Origin: Nitriliruptoraceae bacterium
GTDB taxonomy: Bacteria; Actinomycetota; Nitriliruptoria; Nitriliruptorales; Nitriliruptoraceae
Length of the DNA: 25,985 bases
Reading direction: 5' to 3'
Assembly (NCBI GenBank): GCA_046545715.1
Contig: JBKGZF010000001.1
Location: 1 to 25,985 of the forward strand
Numbering within the stretch: position 1 is the stretch's first letter; each line of letters opens with the position of its first letter. The notes under the pieces are model-generated. The model did no database searches, was not told the origin of the DNA, and worked only from the letters and a program-made list of their open reading frames with translations. Below are positions 1-9,241 of this stretch, in pieces. The position numbers and the translations under genes are program-made.

Positions 1-55
1 TGGCTCCCATCCACCGGTTCACGTCAGGGCGTCGTGCACCCTCGCTCCCCACAGA

Positions 56-83
56 ACACTACTACGAACGAAGACAGTTGCAA
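56..83 (-). promoter_or_regulatory. Possible sigma70-type promoter for a gene starting at or beyond the left edge
   Basis: Minus strand reads TTGCAA (83-78), 16 nt, TAGTGT (61-56, fits TANNNT) in an AT-richer patch. A minus-strand ATG lies at 10-8. The spacer is short and the downstream gene cannot be seen. Confidence 0.25.
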
Positions 84-131
84 GCCCGACAGGCCAGACG
101 AGACCGTCCACGGCAGCTCACGTCGAGCCGC

Positions 132-1847
132 TCAGCCGGTGGTGACCTCCTCGGCGACCTGGTCGCGCAGGTCGCGCTTGAGGATCTTGCCGACCGGGTT
201 GCGGGGTAGCTGCTCGACGATCTCGAGGCGCTCGGGAAGCTTGTAGGAGGCCACCTGCTGCTCACGCAGGTGGTCGACGAGCTCAGCGAGCGTCGGTGGC
301 TCGTCACCCGCGGGCACGACCACCACGCACGTGCGCTCACCCAGCTCCTGGTCCGGCAGTCCGATCGCGGCCACCTCGGCGACCTTCGGGTGGGAGAGCA
401 CGAGCCCCTCGACCTCAGCCGGCGAGATGTTGTAGCCGCCACGCACGATCAGGTCCTTGGCGCGATCGACGAACCGCAGCAACGTGAGCTCGCCCGCGTC
501 GTCCGGCACGATCTCGAAGACATCGCCGGTGCGCAGATAGCCCTGGTCGTCGAAGGCCTGCAGGCCCTGCTCCTCGGCACGCCAGTAGCCGGCGAACACC
601 GTGGGACCGGTGATCCGCAGCTCACCGGGGTAGCCGGGCTCGGTGATCTCGCGACCGGTGATGACGTCCACCAGCCGGGTGCGCGTCCCCTGGCTCACCC
701 CGTTGGGCCAGGACAGCCCCTCAGCACCGAACCACGGGAAGTACTGCGCGCGGTTGGCGGGGTCGGGCACGGTCGCGGGGTCGCCGATCAGCGCGATCCC
801 CTCGTTGGAGCCGAAGAAGTTGGTGACCTCGATGCCGTAGCGGTCCTTCCAACCCTCGACCATCCAGGTCGACAGCGGGGCCGAGCCGGAGCCGATCACC
901 TTCAGCGAGGACACATCGGCCTGCTCGAGCAGCTCCTCCTTGGCGAGCAGGAGGTTGAGCACGGCGGGCGGCGCCACGGTGTAGGTCGGCCGCTCGACGG
1001 CGATCTGCTTGAGGAAGGTGGGCAGATCGAACGGGTGGTGCATGATCAGCTGTGCGCCCGTCATCAGCCACGGCACCATCATCCCGCCGATGCCGGCCAT
1101 GTTGACCATCGGGAAGGGGTTGAGCAGCACGTCGCTGGCGTCCAGCGGCGGCGCATCGGTCGTCGCCCGGGCGATGGCCATCCAGTCCGCCGAGGTCCGC
1201 GGCACCCCCTTGGGCGCGGACTCGGTCCCCGAGGTCCAGCACAGCGTCACCGCGTCGTTGGCGTGGTGGCTCCACTCACCGACACGCTGCTGCAGCGTGG
1301 CACGATCCGGGGCGCCTTCGACATCGAGGGCGACGACCTGGTCGTGCTCCTCGGCACCGAGCGCCAGCACGGTGTGCACCGACGGCGTGCGGTCACGGAT
1401 GGCGACCAGCTCCTCGGCGTCGGCGCGCTCGCCGATTCGCGCGGCGGTGACCATGGCGACCATGCCACCGATGTCGGCGAGCTGGATGATCTCGTGCGCC
1501 CGGAACTGGACGGGGAACGGCGAGGCGATCGCGCCGATCCGCATGATGGCGAGCAATGTCGCCGGCAGCTCCACGATGTTGGGCAGCTGGACCCCGACGA
1601 CGTCGTCACGCTGGATGCCGGCGGCGAGCAGCGCCGAGGCGATCGAGTCGACGCGCGCGTCGAGGTCGCGCCAGGCCCAGCGCTTGGGCTGCCCACCGAC
1701 CAGCTCGTCGCGGTTGGGCGGGTCGGCGACGGCGAGCTCGTCGCCGCGTTCGCGGACCTGACGGTCCAGCACGTCGAGGAGGGTCTCCTGCGACCACCAG
1801 CCCGCCTCGACGTAGGCGTCGTACACGTCCTGTCCATGCAGCCTCAT
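132..1847 (-). CDS. Acyl-CoA synthetase / AMP-forming ligase (ANL superfamily), ~571 aa
   Basis: Motifs CWTSGTESAPKG (P-loop), FGSNEG, YLRTGD, RAKDLIVRGG and PRNPVGKILK. SD GAGAAGG lies 6 nt before ATG 1847 (alternative GTG 1853). Substrate cannot be assigned. Confidence 0.9.
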   Translation of the reverse strand: MRLHGQDVYDAYVEAGWWSQETLLDVLDRQVRERGDELAVADPPNRDELVGGQPKRWAWRDLDARVDSIASALLAAGIQRDDVVGVQLPNIVELPATLLAIMRIGAIASPFPVQFRAHEIIQLADIGGMVAMVTAARIGERADAEELVAIRDRTPSVHTVLALGAEEHDQVVALDVEGAPDRATLQQRVGEWSHHANDAVTLCWTSGTESAPKGVPRTSADWMAIARATTDAPPLDASDVLLNPFPMVNMAGIGGMMVPWLMTGAQLIMHHPFDLPTFLKQIAVERPTYTVAPPAVLNLLLAKEELLEQADVSSLKVIGSGSAPLSTWMVEGWKDRYGIEVTNFFGSNEGIALIGDPATVPDPANRAQYFPWFGAEGLSWPNGVSQGTRTRLVDVITGREITEPGYPGELRITGPTVFAGYWRAEEQGLQAFDDQGYLRTGDVFEIVPDDAGELTLLRFVDRAKDLIVRGGYNISPAEVEGLVLSHPKVAEVAAIGLPDQELGERTCVVVVPAGDEPPTLAELVDHLREQQVASYKLPERLEIVEQLPRNPVGKILKRDLRDQVAEEVTTG

Positions 1848-2017
1848 GCTCACCCTTCTCGATCCTCAGCCGACACCGGACCCCGTGGCGCATCGGATGA
1901 TCGGCCCCCGACCACGACGGACGGACCGTGGTCAGCGCCGCCCGGCACCTGGCCGAGACGAGGACCACCGTCTCCCTCCACCGTCGACGGACCTGCCTCC
2001 CACCATCGACGCAGGAA

Positions 2018-2036
2018 CGCTTCGTTGGGCGAAGCG
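2018..2036 (-). terminator. 7-bp hairpin downstream of the DGC/B12 operon (possible terminator or operator)
   Basis: CGCTTCG-ttggg-CGAAGCG is a perfect inverted repeat. Only TTCC follows on the minus strand, so the U-tract is weak. Confidence 0.25.
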
Positions 2037-2133
2037 CTACTGGAAGTGAAGTCAACAACCTGGCCGCGCCTAGGTCAAGCGGCGGCGCGCCCTGCTGAGC
2101 CAACCGGTCACCGACGAAGCGAGGCCCATCGGC

Positions 2134-3150
2134 TCAGGCGCGCGGCTTGGACATCCCGGCAGCGACCAGCCGGTACGCGTCCTCGTCGCTGTCGCGCACT
2201 AGGTGGGCGAGGCTCTCGAGCCCGGCCGTGAGCGCGCTTTCGGGCACGCCCCGTGCAGCGAGCAGCGGCTCGAGCCATCCGAGGAACTCGGTGTACACCG
2301 CGGGATCGTCGACCAGCCGTGCCGCCGCGAGATAGCGCACGATGTAGACCAGATCCTCACGGGTACGGGCGCGCTGGCGTTTGTCGTAGGCCTGCAGTTC
2401 CGGGAAGCGCCGCTCCAGGTCGACGAAGGCGACATCAGCCAGATCGCCCGAACGCTGATCGAGCTCCAGGGCACCCTGATCGAGCCCGACCGGCTCACCG
2501 GAGACGGTGGGCGGCGCCTCGCGCCAGGCGCGCAGGATCTCCAACGCCTCGGCGACGTCGCTTCCGTAGGCGTCGGCACCGAGCACGGCGGCCCGGGCGG
2601 GGGTCAGCGCGCGGCCACCCACGAGGACCGCGACACCTTGACGATGTGCTGCATCCACGAGACGGGCAGTGCCGAGGTAGGACAGCGCGAGGTTGCAGGT
2701 CACCGCCAGCGCGTCTGGGCGACGCCTGGCGAGGAAGGCAGCGACGTCGTCCGCCGGCGTCGAGGCCCCGAGGTAGTCCACCCCCGCACCTCGCGCGCGC
2801 AGCAGCTCGGCGAACATCTGCGAGGCCAGTGCATGCCAGTCGCCCTCCGCACAAGCGACGACGACCTGACCCTGTGGCTCGACCGGGGTGGCGGTGCTGG
2901 TGGCGAGGGCCTCGAGGGCGGCCTGGGACACGCCGGTGACCAGGTGCTCGTCGGCGGTCGTCCACTGCGCGCGCTGCCAGCGCTCACCGACCTCGTGCTG
3001 CGCCGCACCCAGCAGGTCGGTGATCAGAACTGCGGGCGGCATGCCCTCGTCGACGAGGTCGAGGACCCGGCGCACTGCGCGACGGCGGTCCCCGGCGATG
3101 GCCAGCTCGAGGTAGTGCTCGACGTCCGCGGCCGCGATCGTCGCGCTCAT
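2134..3150 (-). CDS. Photocobilin-like B12 photoreceptor: four-helix cap, Rossmann B12-binding domain and C-terminal phycobiliprotein-like globin domain; no DNA-binding domain; 338 aa
   Basis: CarH-type W-x9-EH motif (W-QRAQWTTAD-EH), base-off D/E-x-H motif (EGDWH), and VDYLGASTP. The C-terminal RTREDLVYIVRYLAAARLVDDPAVYTE...ARGVP aligns by eye to phycobiliprotein CxRDxxYYLRYxxYAxxAGDxxxLDE...LGVP. Confidence 0.8.
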   Translation of the reverse strand: MSATIAAADVEHYLELAIAGDRRRAVRRVLDLVDEGMPPAVLITDLLGAAQHEVGERWQRAQWTTADEHLVTGVSQAALEALATSTATPVEPQGQVVVACAEGDWHALASQMFAELLRARGAGVDYLGASTPADDVAAFLARRRPDALAVTCNLALSYLGTARLVDAAHRQGVAVLVGGRALTPARAAVLGADAYGSDVAEALEILRAWREAPPTVSGEPVGLDQGALELDQRSGDLADVAFVDLERRFPELQAYDKRQRARTREDLVYIVRYLAAARLVDDPAVYTEFLGWLEPLLAARGVPESALTAGLESLAHLVRDSDEDAYRLVAAGMSKPRA

Positions 3151-4352
3151 CGTGCGACGATCTCGAAGCGGTGGAACGTCTCCGGTCGTGGCCGCAGCTC
3201 ACCACCCGGGATCCGCGCGTGGGAACGGCGGTGATCCTCCGAGGCCATGTAGGCCCGGAAGTCCTCCTCGCGGTTCCACCACGACACCATGACGAACTCG
3301 GTCGGGTCCTGACGGTCGGCCCAGACCTCCAGGTGCTTGAAGCCAGGCCAGCGCTCGACCAGCCGCAGGCGCTCGTCGAAGGCAGAGACGAGCTCGTCGC
3401 GACCACCTTCCGGCACCGACAGACGGCTGTGGGCAACGAACCCGCCCGTGCTCGGTCGCTCTACGACCTGCGTCGCCCGATCGGTGGTGGTCGTAGGGCG
3501 CGAGCCCGCCTCGGCCCACGCCCATCGGTCACGTCCGGCCGTCTTGGCGGCGTAGAGGGCCACATCGACCACCCGCATCACATCGTCGACCTCGCCCTCC
3601 ACCCGGGCGATCCCCGCCGAGAAGCTCACCGGCTGCGGCCGCGTGCGTTCCCAGGTCGAGCGCAGCCGCGCGAGCAGCGCCTCCGGGTCCGGCGGCGCCG
3701 GTTCGCTGCCTGGCAGCACGATCAGGAACTCCTCACCGCCGTAGCGGCCGGCGAGGTCGCGCGCCCGCACCGTGTCGGTGATCGCGCGACCGAAGGCTCT
3801 GAGCACCCGGTCTCCCTCGATGTGGCCGTGGGTGTCGTTGAGCTCCTTGAAGTGGTCGAGGTCGAGCATGACGACCACGTCCCCGCGTGTCAGACGCCCC
3901 AGGACACGCCCGAGCACCCGGCGGGTGGCAAGCCCCGAGAGCGGATCGGTCTCAGCCTCCTCGACCAGCCGCGAGGTCCGCTCGGCCAGCTCCAATGCGC
4001 GGTTGGCGTCACGGACGAACGCGGGCAGGTGGCGCGCGAGGTGCAGGTGGGCGAGGCTCACCGCCGGCGCCGCCGGCAGCACGGGCTCACCCACCCCGAA
4101 GGAGACGTCGACCGGCAAGGCGTCCTCGCCTACCTGCGCCGCGGGCGTCAACCGTCCGCCCAACGCCTTCACCAGTTCGCTGGCAACGACGCGTGCATCC
4201 TCAGGGCCGGCGATTCGCAACAGCTCGCGCGTCGCGGCCAGCACCACCTGCTCCACGGCGCCATCGCTGGCGTCCTGACGCTCGGGCTGTGCTGGCGCGT
4301 GCTCGTCCCCATCGCTGCGACTATCCGCACCGGTGGAGGAGGAGATGCGCAT
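3147..4352 (-). CDS. Diguanylate cyclase (GGEEF) with an uncharacterised N-terminal domain and a C-terminal ABM (IsdG/MhuD-like) domain, ~401 aa
   Basis: DPLSGL, MLDLDHFKELNDTHGHIEGD, RARD-LAGRY-GGEEF (I-site and A-site) and LYAAK..GRD. C-terminal FVAHSRLSV...WPGF..LEV...VMVSWWNREEDF...SH. ATG 4352 has an AGGA SD (alternative GTG 4385). The stop overlaps the next start (ATGA). Confidence 0.88.
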   Translation of the reverse strand: MRISSSTGADSRSDGDEHAPAQPERQDASDGAVEQVVLAATRELLRIAGPEDARVVASELVKALGGRLTPAAQVGEDALPVDVSFGVGEPVLPAAPAVSLAHLHLARHLPAFVRDANRALELAERTSRLVEEAETDPLSGLATRRVLGRVLGRLTRGDVVVMLDLDHFKELNDTHGHIEGDRVLRAFGRAITDTVRARDLAGRYGGEEFLIVLPGSEPAPPDPEALLARLRSTWERTRPQPVSFSAGIARVEGEVDDVMRVVDVALYAAKTAGRDRWAWAEAGSRPTTTTDRATQVVERPSTGGFVAHSRLSVPEGGRDELVSAFDERLRLVERWPGFKHLEVWADRQDPTEFVMVSWWNREEDFRAYMASEDHRRSHARIPGGELRPRPETFHRFEIVAR

Positions 4353-4458
4353 CCGGGTCCTGACGACCTCTGACGGTCGAGCCACGCCATGGCGGCGAGA
4401 CCGTCAGGGTACCGCCGGTGGGATGCGTGCACCGGGGCGTCCACCCCTCGGCCGCGAC

Positions 4459-5303
4459 TCAGTGATTGGACCTGGAGGGCCCACCCGGGTCGGACTGCAG
4501 CCAGGGACCGCCACGCAGCCTTGCCAGCCAGGGAACCGGGGCTTCGTCGGCCTCCTCGGCTCCGCTGGGGCGCATGAGCGAGCGTCGGTAGTCGCGGTTG
4601 AGCTGGCCGATCACGTCAAGCCCGATGTCGGCCGGGCAGGCCGGCACGCATTCGCCCATGCTGGTGCACGAACCGAACGACGCTTCCATCGTGCGCACCA
4701 TGGAGCGGACCCGGTCGTAGCGCTCGATCTGTCCCTGCGGGAGGGTGGCGAGGTGGGCCACCTTCGCGCCGGTGAACAGCTGCGCCGCAGCGTTCGGACA
4801 GGCGGCGACACAGGCTCCGCAGCCGATGCATGCCGCATGGTCCATGGCGGCCTCGGCCTCGCGCTTGCTCACCGGGTGGGTGTGCGCCTCGGGTGCCGCG
4901 TTGGTCGCGGTGGAGACGAACCCACCCGAGGCGATGATCCGATCCAGCGCGGAGCGATCGACGACGAGGTCCCGGACGACGGGGAACGCCCGCGCACGGA
5001 ACGGTTCGAGCGTGACGACGTCACCGTCGTCGAAGCTGCGCACCCGCTGCAGGCAGGCGGGCGTGGTGTCCACCGGCCCGTGAGGACGGCCGTTGACCAT
5101 CACCCCGCACGACCCGCAGATCCCCTCCCGACAGTCATGGTCGAAGGCGACCGGCTCACGTCCCTCGGCGACCAGCCGTGCGTTGAGCATGTCGAGCAGC
5201 TCGAGCACGCTCGTCTGGGGTTCGACCTCGTCGACCTCGTAGCGTTCGAACCCACCGGGCTCCTGCGGGGCGGATTGCCGCCAGACCAGCAGCGTCAGGC
5301 GCA

Positions 5304-5304
<1 letters not shown>
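4459..5304 (-). CDS. sdhB: Succinate dehydrogenase/fumarate reductase iron-sulfur subunit, ~281 aa
   Basis: CREGICGSC...C (2Fe-2S), CIGCGACVAAC (4Fe-4S) and CTSMGECVPAC (3Fe-4S). ATG 5304 overlaps the sdhA stop (TGATG). Confidence 0.93.
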
Positions 5305-7256
<1,952 letters not shown>

Positions 7257-7338
7257 CGTGGCTCCTGTCGGCCGTCCGGGACCCTGCACCGGCGGCATCG
7301 TCCGGCCCGGCTGCGGAGCAGCCGGGCCGGACCACCGG

Positions 7339-8829
7339 TCAGTAGATGCCCACCAGCCCCATCCACAGCGCGCCGATGACGCCGAAGATCAGCACGTTGA
7401 TCACGCTGGAGACGAACCCGTACTGCCACCACTTGCCGAGGCTGTTGTAGCCGGAGCCGAACAGCACCGGTGCAGGGCCGGTCGAGTACTGGGTGAGGCC
7501 ACCCATCAGGTTGGAGGCGAAGGCCAGCAGGAAGGTGGCGAGCAGCGGCGGGGCACCCGTCGCCAGTGCGGCGACCAGGAAGGTGGGGAACAGCGCGGTG
7601 ACGTGGGCGGTGTTGGAGGCGAAGAAGTAGTGGATGTAGAGGTAGGCGAGCAGCAGGATCGCCAGTGCCGGCGGCCAGCTCATACCACCTGTGAAGCCCT
7701 CGATCGACTCACTGATCCAGCCGATGACGCCGTACTCGGTGAGGAATGACGCCATCGTCACCAGCACCGCGAACCACACCAGGGTGTCCCAGGCCGACTG
7801 CTCCTTCTTGACGTCGTCCCAGGTCAGCACCGTGGTCAGCAGCAGCACCGACAGTCCGATCATCGCCGCGAGGGTGGCGCCGATCCCGAAGGCGTTGTCG
7901 CCGAAGATCCACAGGGCGATCAGGAGCACGAAGACCCCGAGCGTGATCCTCTCCACCTGCTGCAGCGGACCGAGCTCCGCGAGCTTCTCCCGGGCGATCT
8001 CGGTCGCCGCTGGGGTCTCGGTAACCGTCGGCTTGGACAGCTTGAACAGCACGTAGGGCAGGACGATGAGGGCGACCAGCCCCGGCACGCTGGCGGCCAG
8101 TGCCCACTGCCCCCAGGTCAGCTCGACCCCTTCGGCCGCGGCGAGCTCGGCGGCCAACGGGTTGGCCGCCATCGCCGTGAGGAACATCGCCGAGGTGACG
8201 GCGTTGACCTGGAACGCCGAGGCCATCAGGAACGAGCCGATGCGCTCGGGCCCCGCATCCGGCTCGCTGTCGTAGGCCACGGCGAGTGAGCGCGCGACGG
8301 GGAAGATGATCCCGCCGGCGCGCGCGGTGTTGGAGGGGGTCGCCGGTGCGATGACCAGGTCGGTCGCGGCCAGTCCGTAGCTCAGCCCAAGTGTCTTCTT
8401 GCCGAGCATGCGGACGAACAGGTAGGCGATCCGCGTCCCGAGGCCGGTCTTGATGACCGCGCGCGAGATGAGGAACGCGATCACGATGAGCCAGATCACG
8501 CTGTTGCTGAAGCCCGACAGCGCATCATCGAGCGTCAGCGCCTGGAGCACGGTCGCGATCGTCAGCCCGATCAGCGCGATGGCGCCCATCGGCAGAGGCT
8601 TGGCGATGATCGCGACGATCGTGGCGACGAAGACCGCCAGCAGCACCCATCCCTCGGGCTCCACCGCCGCTGGGGTGGGGATCAGGAAGATGAGCACGCC
8701 GATCACGGGCGGGACCAGCCAGCGCATCAGCGTCTTGCCCAACGGCTCCTCGTGTGTCTGGGGACCGGGGGGCGGTTCGCCTCCGACCGAGCCGGAGCGG
8801 CTCTGTCCCTGTGCGGATCCGACCGACAT
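7339..8829 (-). CDS. DASS-family anion permease (CitT/TtdT/DiT-like exchanger clade), ~496 aa
   Basis: Multi-pass hydrophobic protein with two SNT motifs (PATPSNTARAGG, FASNTAH), SAMFLTAMAANPL and TQYSTGPAP. SD GGAGG lies 6 nt before ATG 8829. Confidence 0.92.
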   Translation of the reverse strand: MSVGSAQGQSRSGSVGGEPPPGPQTHEEPLGKTLMRWLVPPVIGVLIFLIPTPAAVEPEGWVLLAVFVATIVAIIAKPLPMGAIALIGLTIATVLQALTLDDALSGFSNSVIWLIVIAFLISRAVIKTGLGTRIAYLFVRMLGKKTLGLSYGLAATDLVIAPATPSNTARAGGIIFPVARSLAVAYDSEPDAGPERIGSFLMASAFQVNAVTSAMFLTAMAANPLAAELAAAEGVELTWGQWALAASVPGLVALIVLPYVLFKLSKPTVTETPAATEIAREKLAELGPLQQVERITLGVFVLLIALWIFGDNAFGIGATLAAMIGLSVLLLTTVLTWDDVKKEQSAWDTLVWFAVLVTMASFLTEYGVIGWISESIEGFTGGMSWPPALAILLLAYLYIHYFFASNTAHVTALFPTFLVAALATGAPPLLATFLLAFASNLMGGLTQYSTGPAPVLFGSGYNSLGKWWQYGFVSSVINVLIFGVIGALWMGLVGIY

Positions 8830-8898
8830 CATCGACCTCCTCGCCCGTCACGATCGGGCGCGACGTCCACGCGACACGGCGCTGTGGGGTGGGGTGGG

Positions 8899-8919
8899 GC
8901 GCAGGTGTGCCACCTGCGC
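8899..8919. promoter_or_regulatory. Perfect 9-3-9 palindrome upstream of the DASS-sdhAB operon (candidate operator)
   Basis: GCGCAGGTG-tgc-CACCTGCGC, about 70 nt upstream of the DASS start and next to a minus-strand GATGCT hexamer (8925-8920). Confidence 0.4.
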
Positions 8920-9144
8920 AGCATCGTGATTGACGCTACGCCCATGCGTGCTGGCCGGGTACACGCAGAGGTCACCGCCTGAGCCGCACTTGGACCAGAG
9001 ATGAGGGTGTACGAATCCCCTAGCCGCGGATCCCCTGACGCCAGCAGCTGTCCGGTTGGCGGTCACCGGACCGTGCCCACCGGCCGACGACAGACGCCGA
9101 ACTCCCCTGATGTGAGCAGCACCGGGCCACACCGTCAGGACCCT

Positions 9145-9190
9145 GCCGGGACCTTCGCCCCTCGCGGACGAACGGGGGCGGTCCCAGACT
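9145..9190 (+). promoter_or_regulatory. DosR/DevR/OsdR-like box plus -10 element upstream of the P-type ATPase
   Basis: GCCGGGACCTTCGCCCCTCG (9145-9164) keeps G4-G5-G6-C8 in both half-sites. CAGACT (9185-9190) lies 20 nt downstream. Confidence 0.5.
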
Positions 9191-9241
9191 GACACATGCG
9201 GTGCCGTGCTCCCGCGGCCACGGGCCGCTGCAGGGACCGAT

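Noticed and set aside
2050-2078. TTGACC-N17-TTGACT on the minus strand as a promoter or operator for the ligase
   Set aside because: Neither hexamer has a TANNNT element at the proper distance, and the symmetry is weak.
1854-2133. Cobalamin riboswitch or small ORF in the 280-nt gap next to the B12 gene (4353-4458 also inspected)
   Set aside because: I could not recognise a B12-box or other riboswitch core by eye, and the candidate ORFs lack an SD and coding character. An Infernal/Rfam scan would settle it.
270-2231. 653-aa plus-strand ORF and similar long antisense ORFs (2203-3234, 3171-4373, 5754-6833, 12659-14131, 21074-22324)
   Set aside because: They mirror motif-bearing genes on the opposite strand and have no motifs of their own. 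This is typical stop-codon scarcity in high-GC DNA.
2134-3150. Calling this gene carH/litR or a methyltransferase corrinoid protein
   Set aside because: No MerR HTH is present. The W-x9-EH cap and globin-like tail fit a photoreceptor, and there are no methyltransferase partners nearby.
8886-8899. G-quadruplex
   Set aside because: Only three G4 tracts; no fourth tract nearby.
8833-9140. FNR/CRP(GlxR) or DosR site controlling DASS-sdhAB
   Set aside because: No TTGAT-N4-ATCAA, GTGA-N6-TCAC or complete GGGNC-N4-GNCCC match was found on that side. Only a half-site at 9124-9128.
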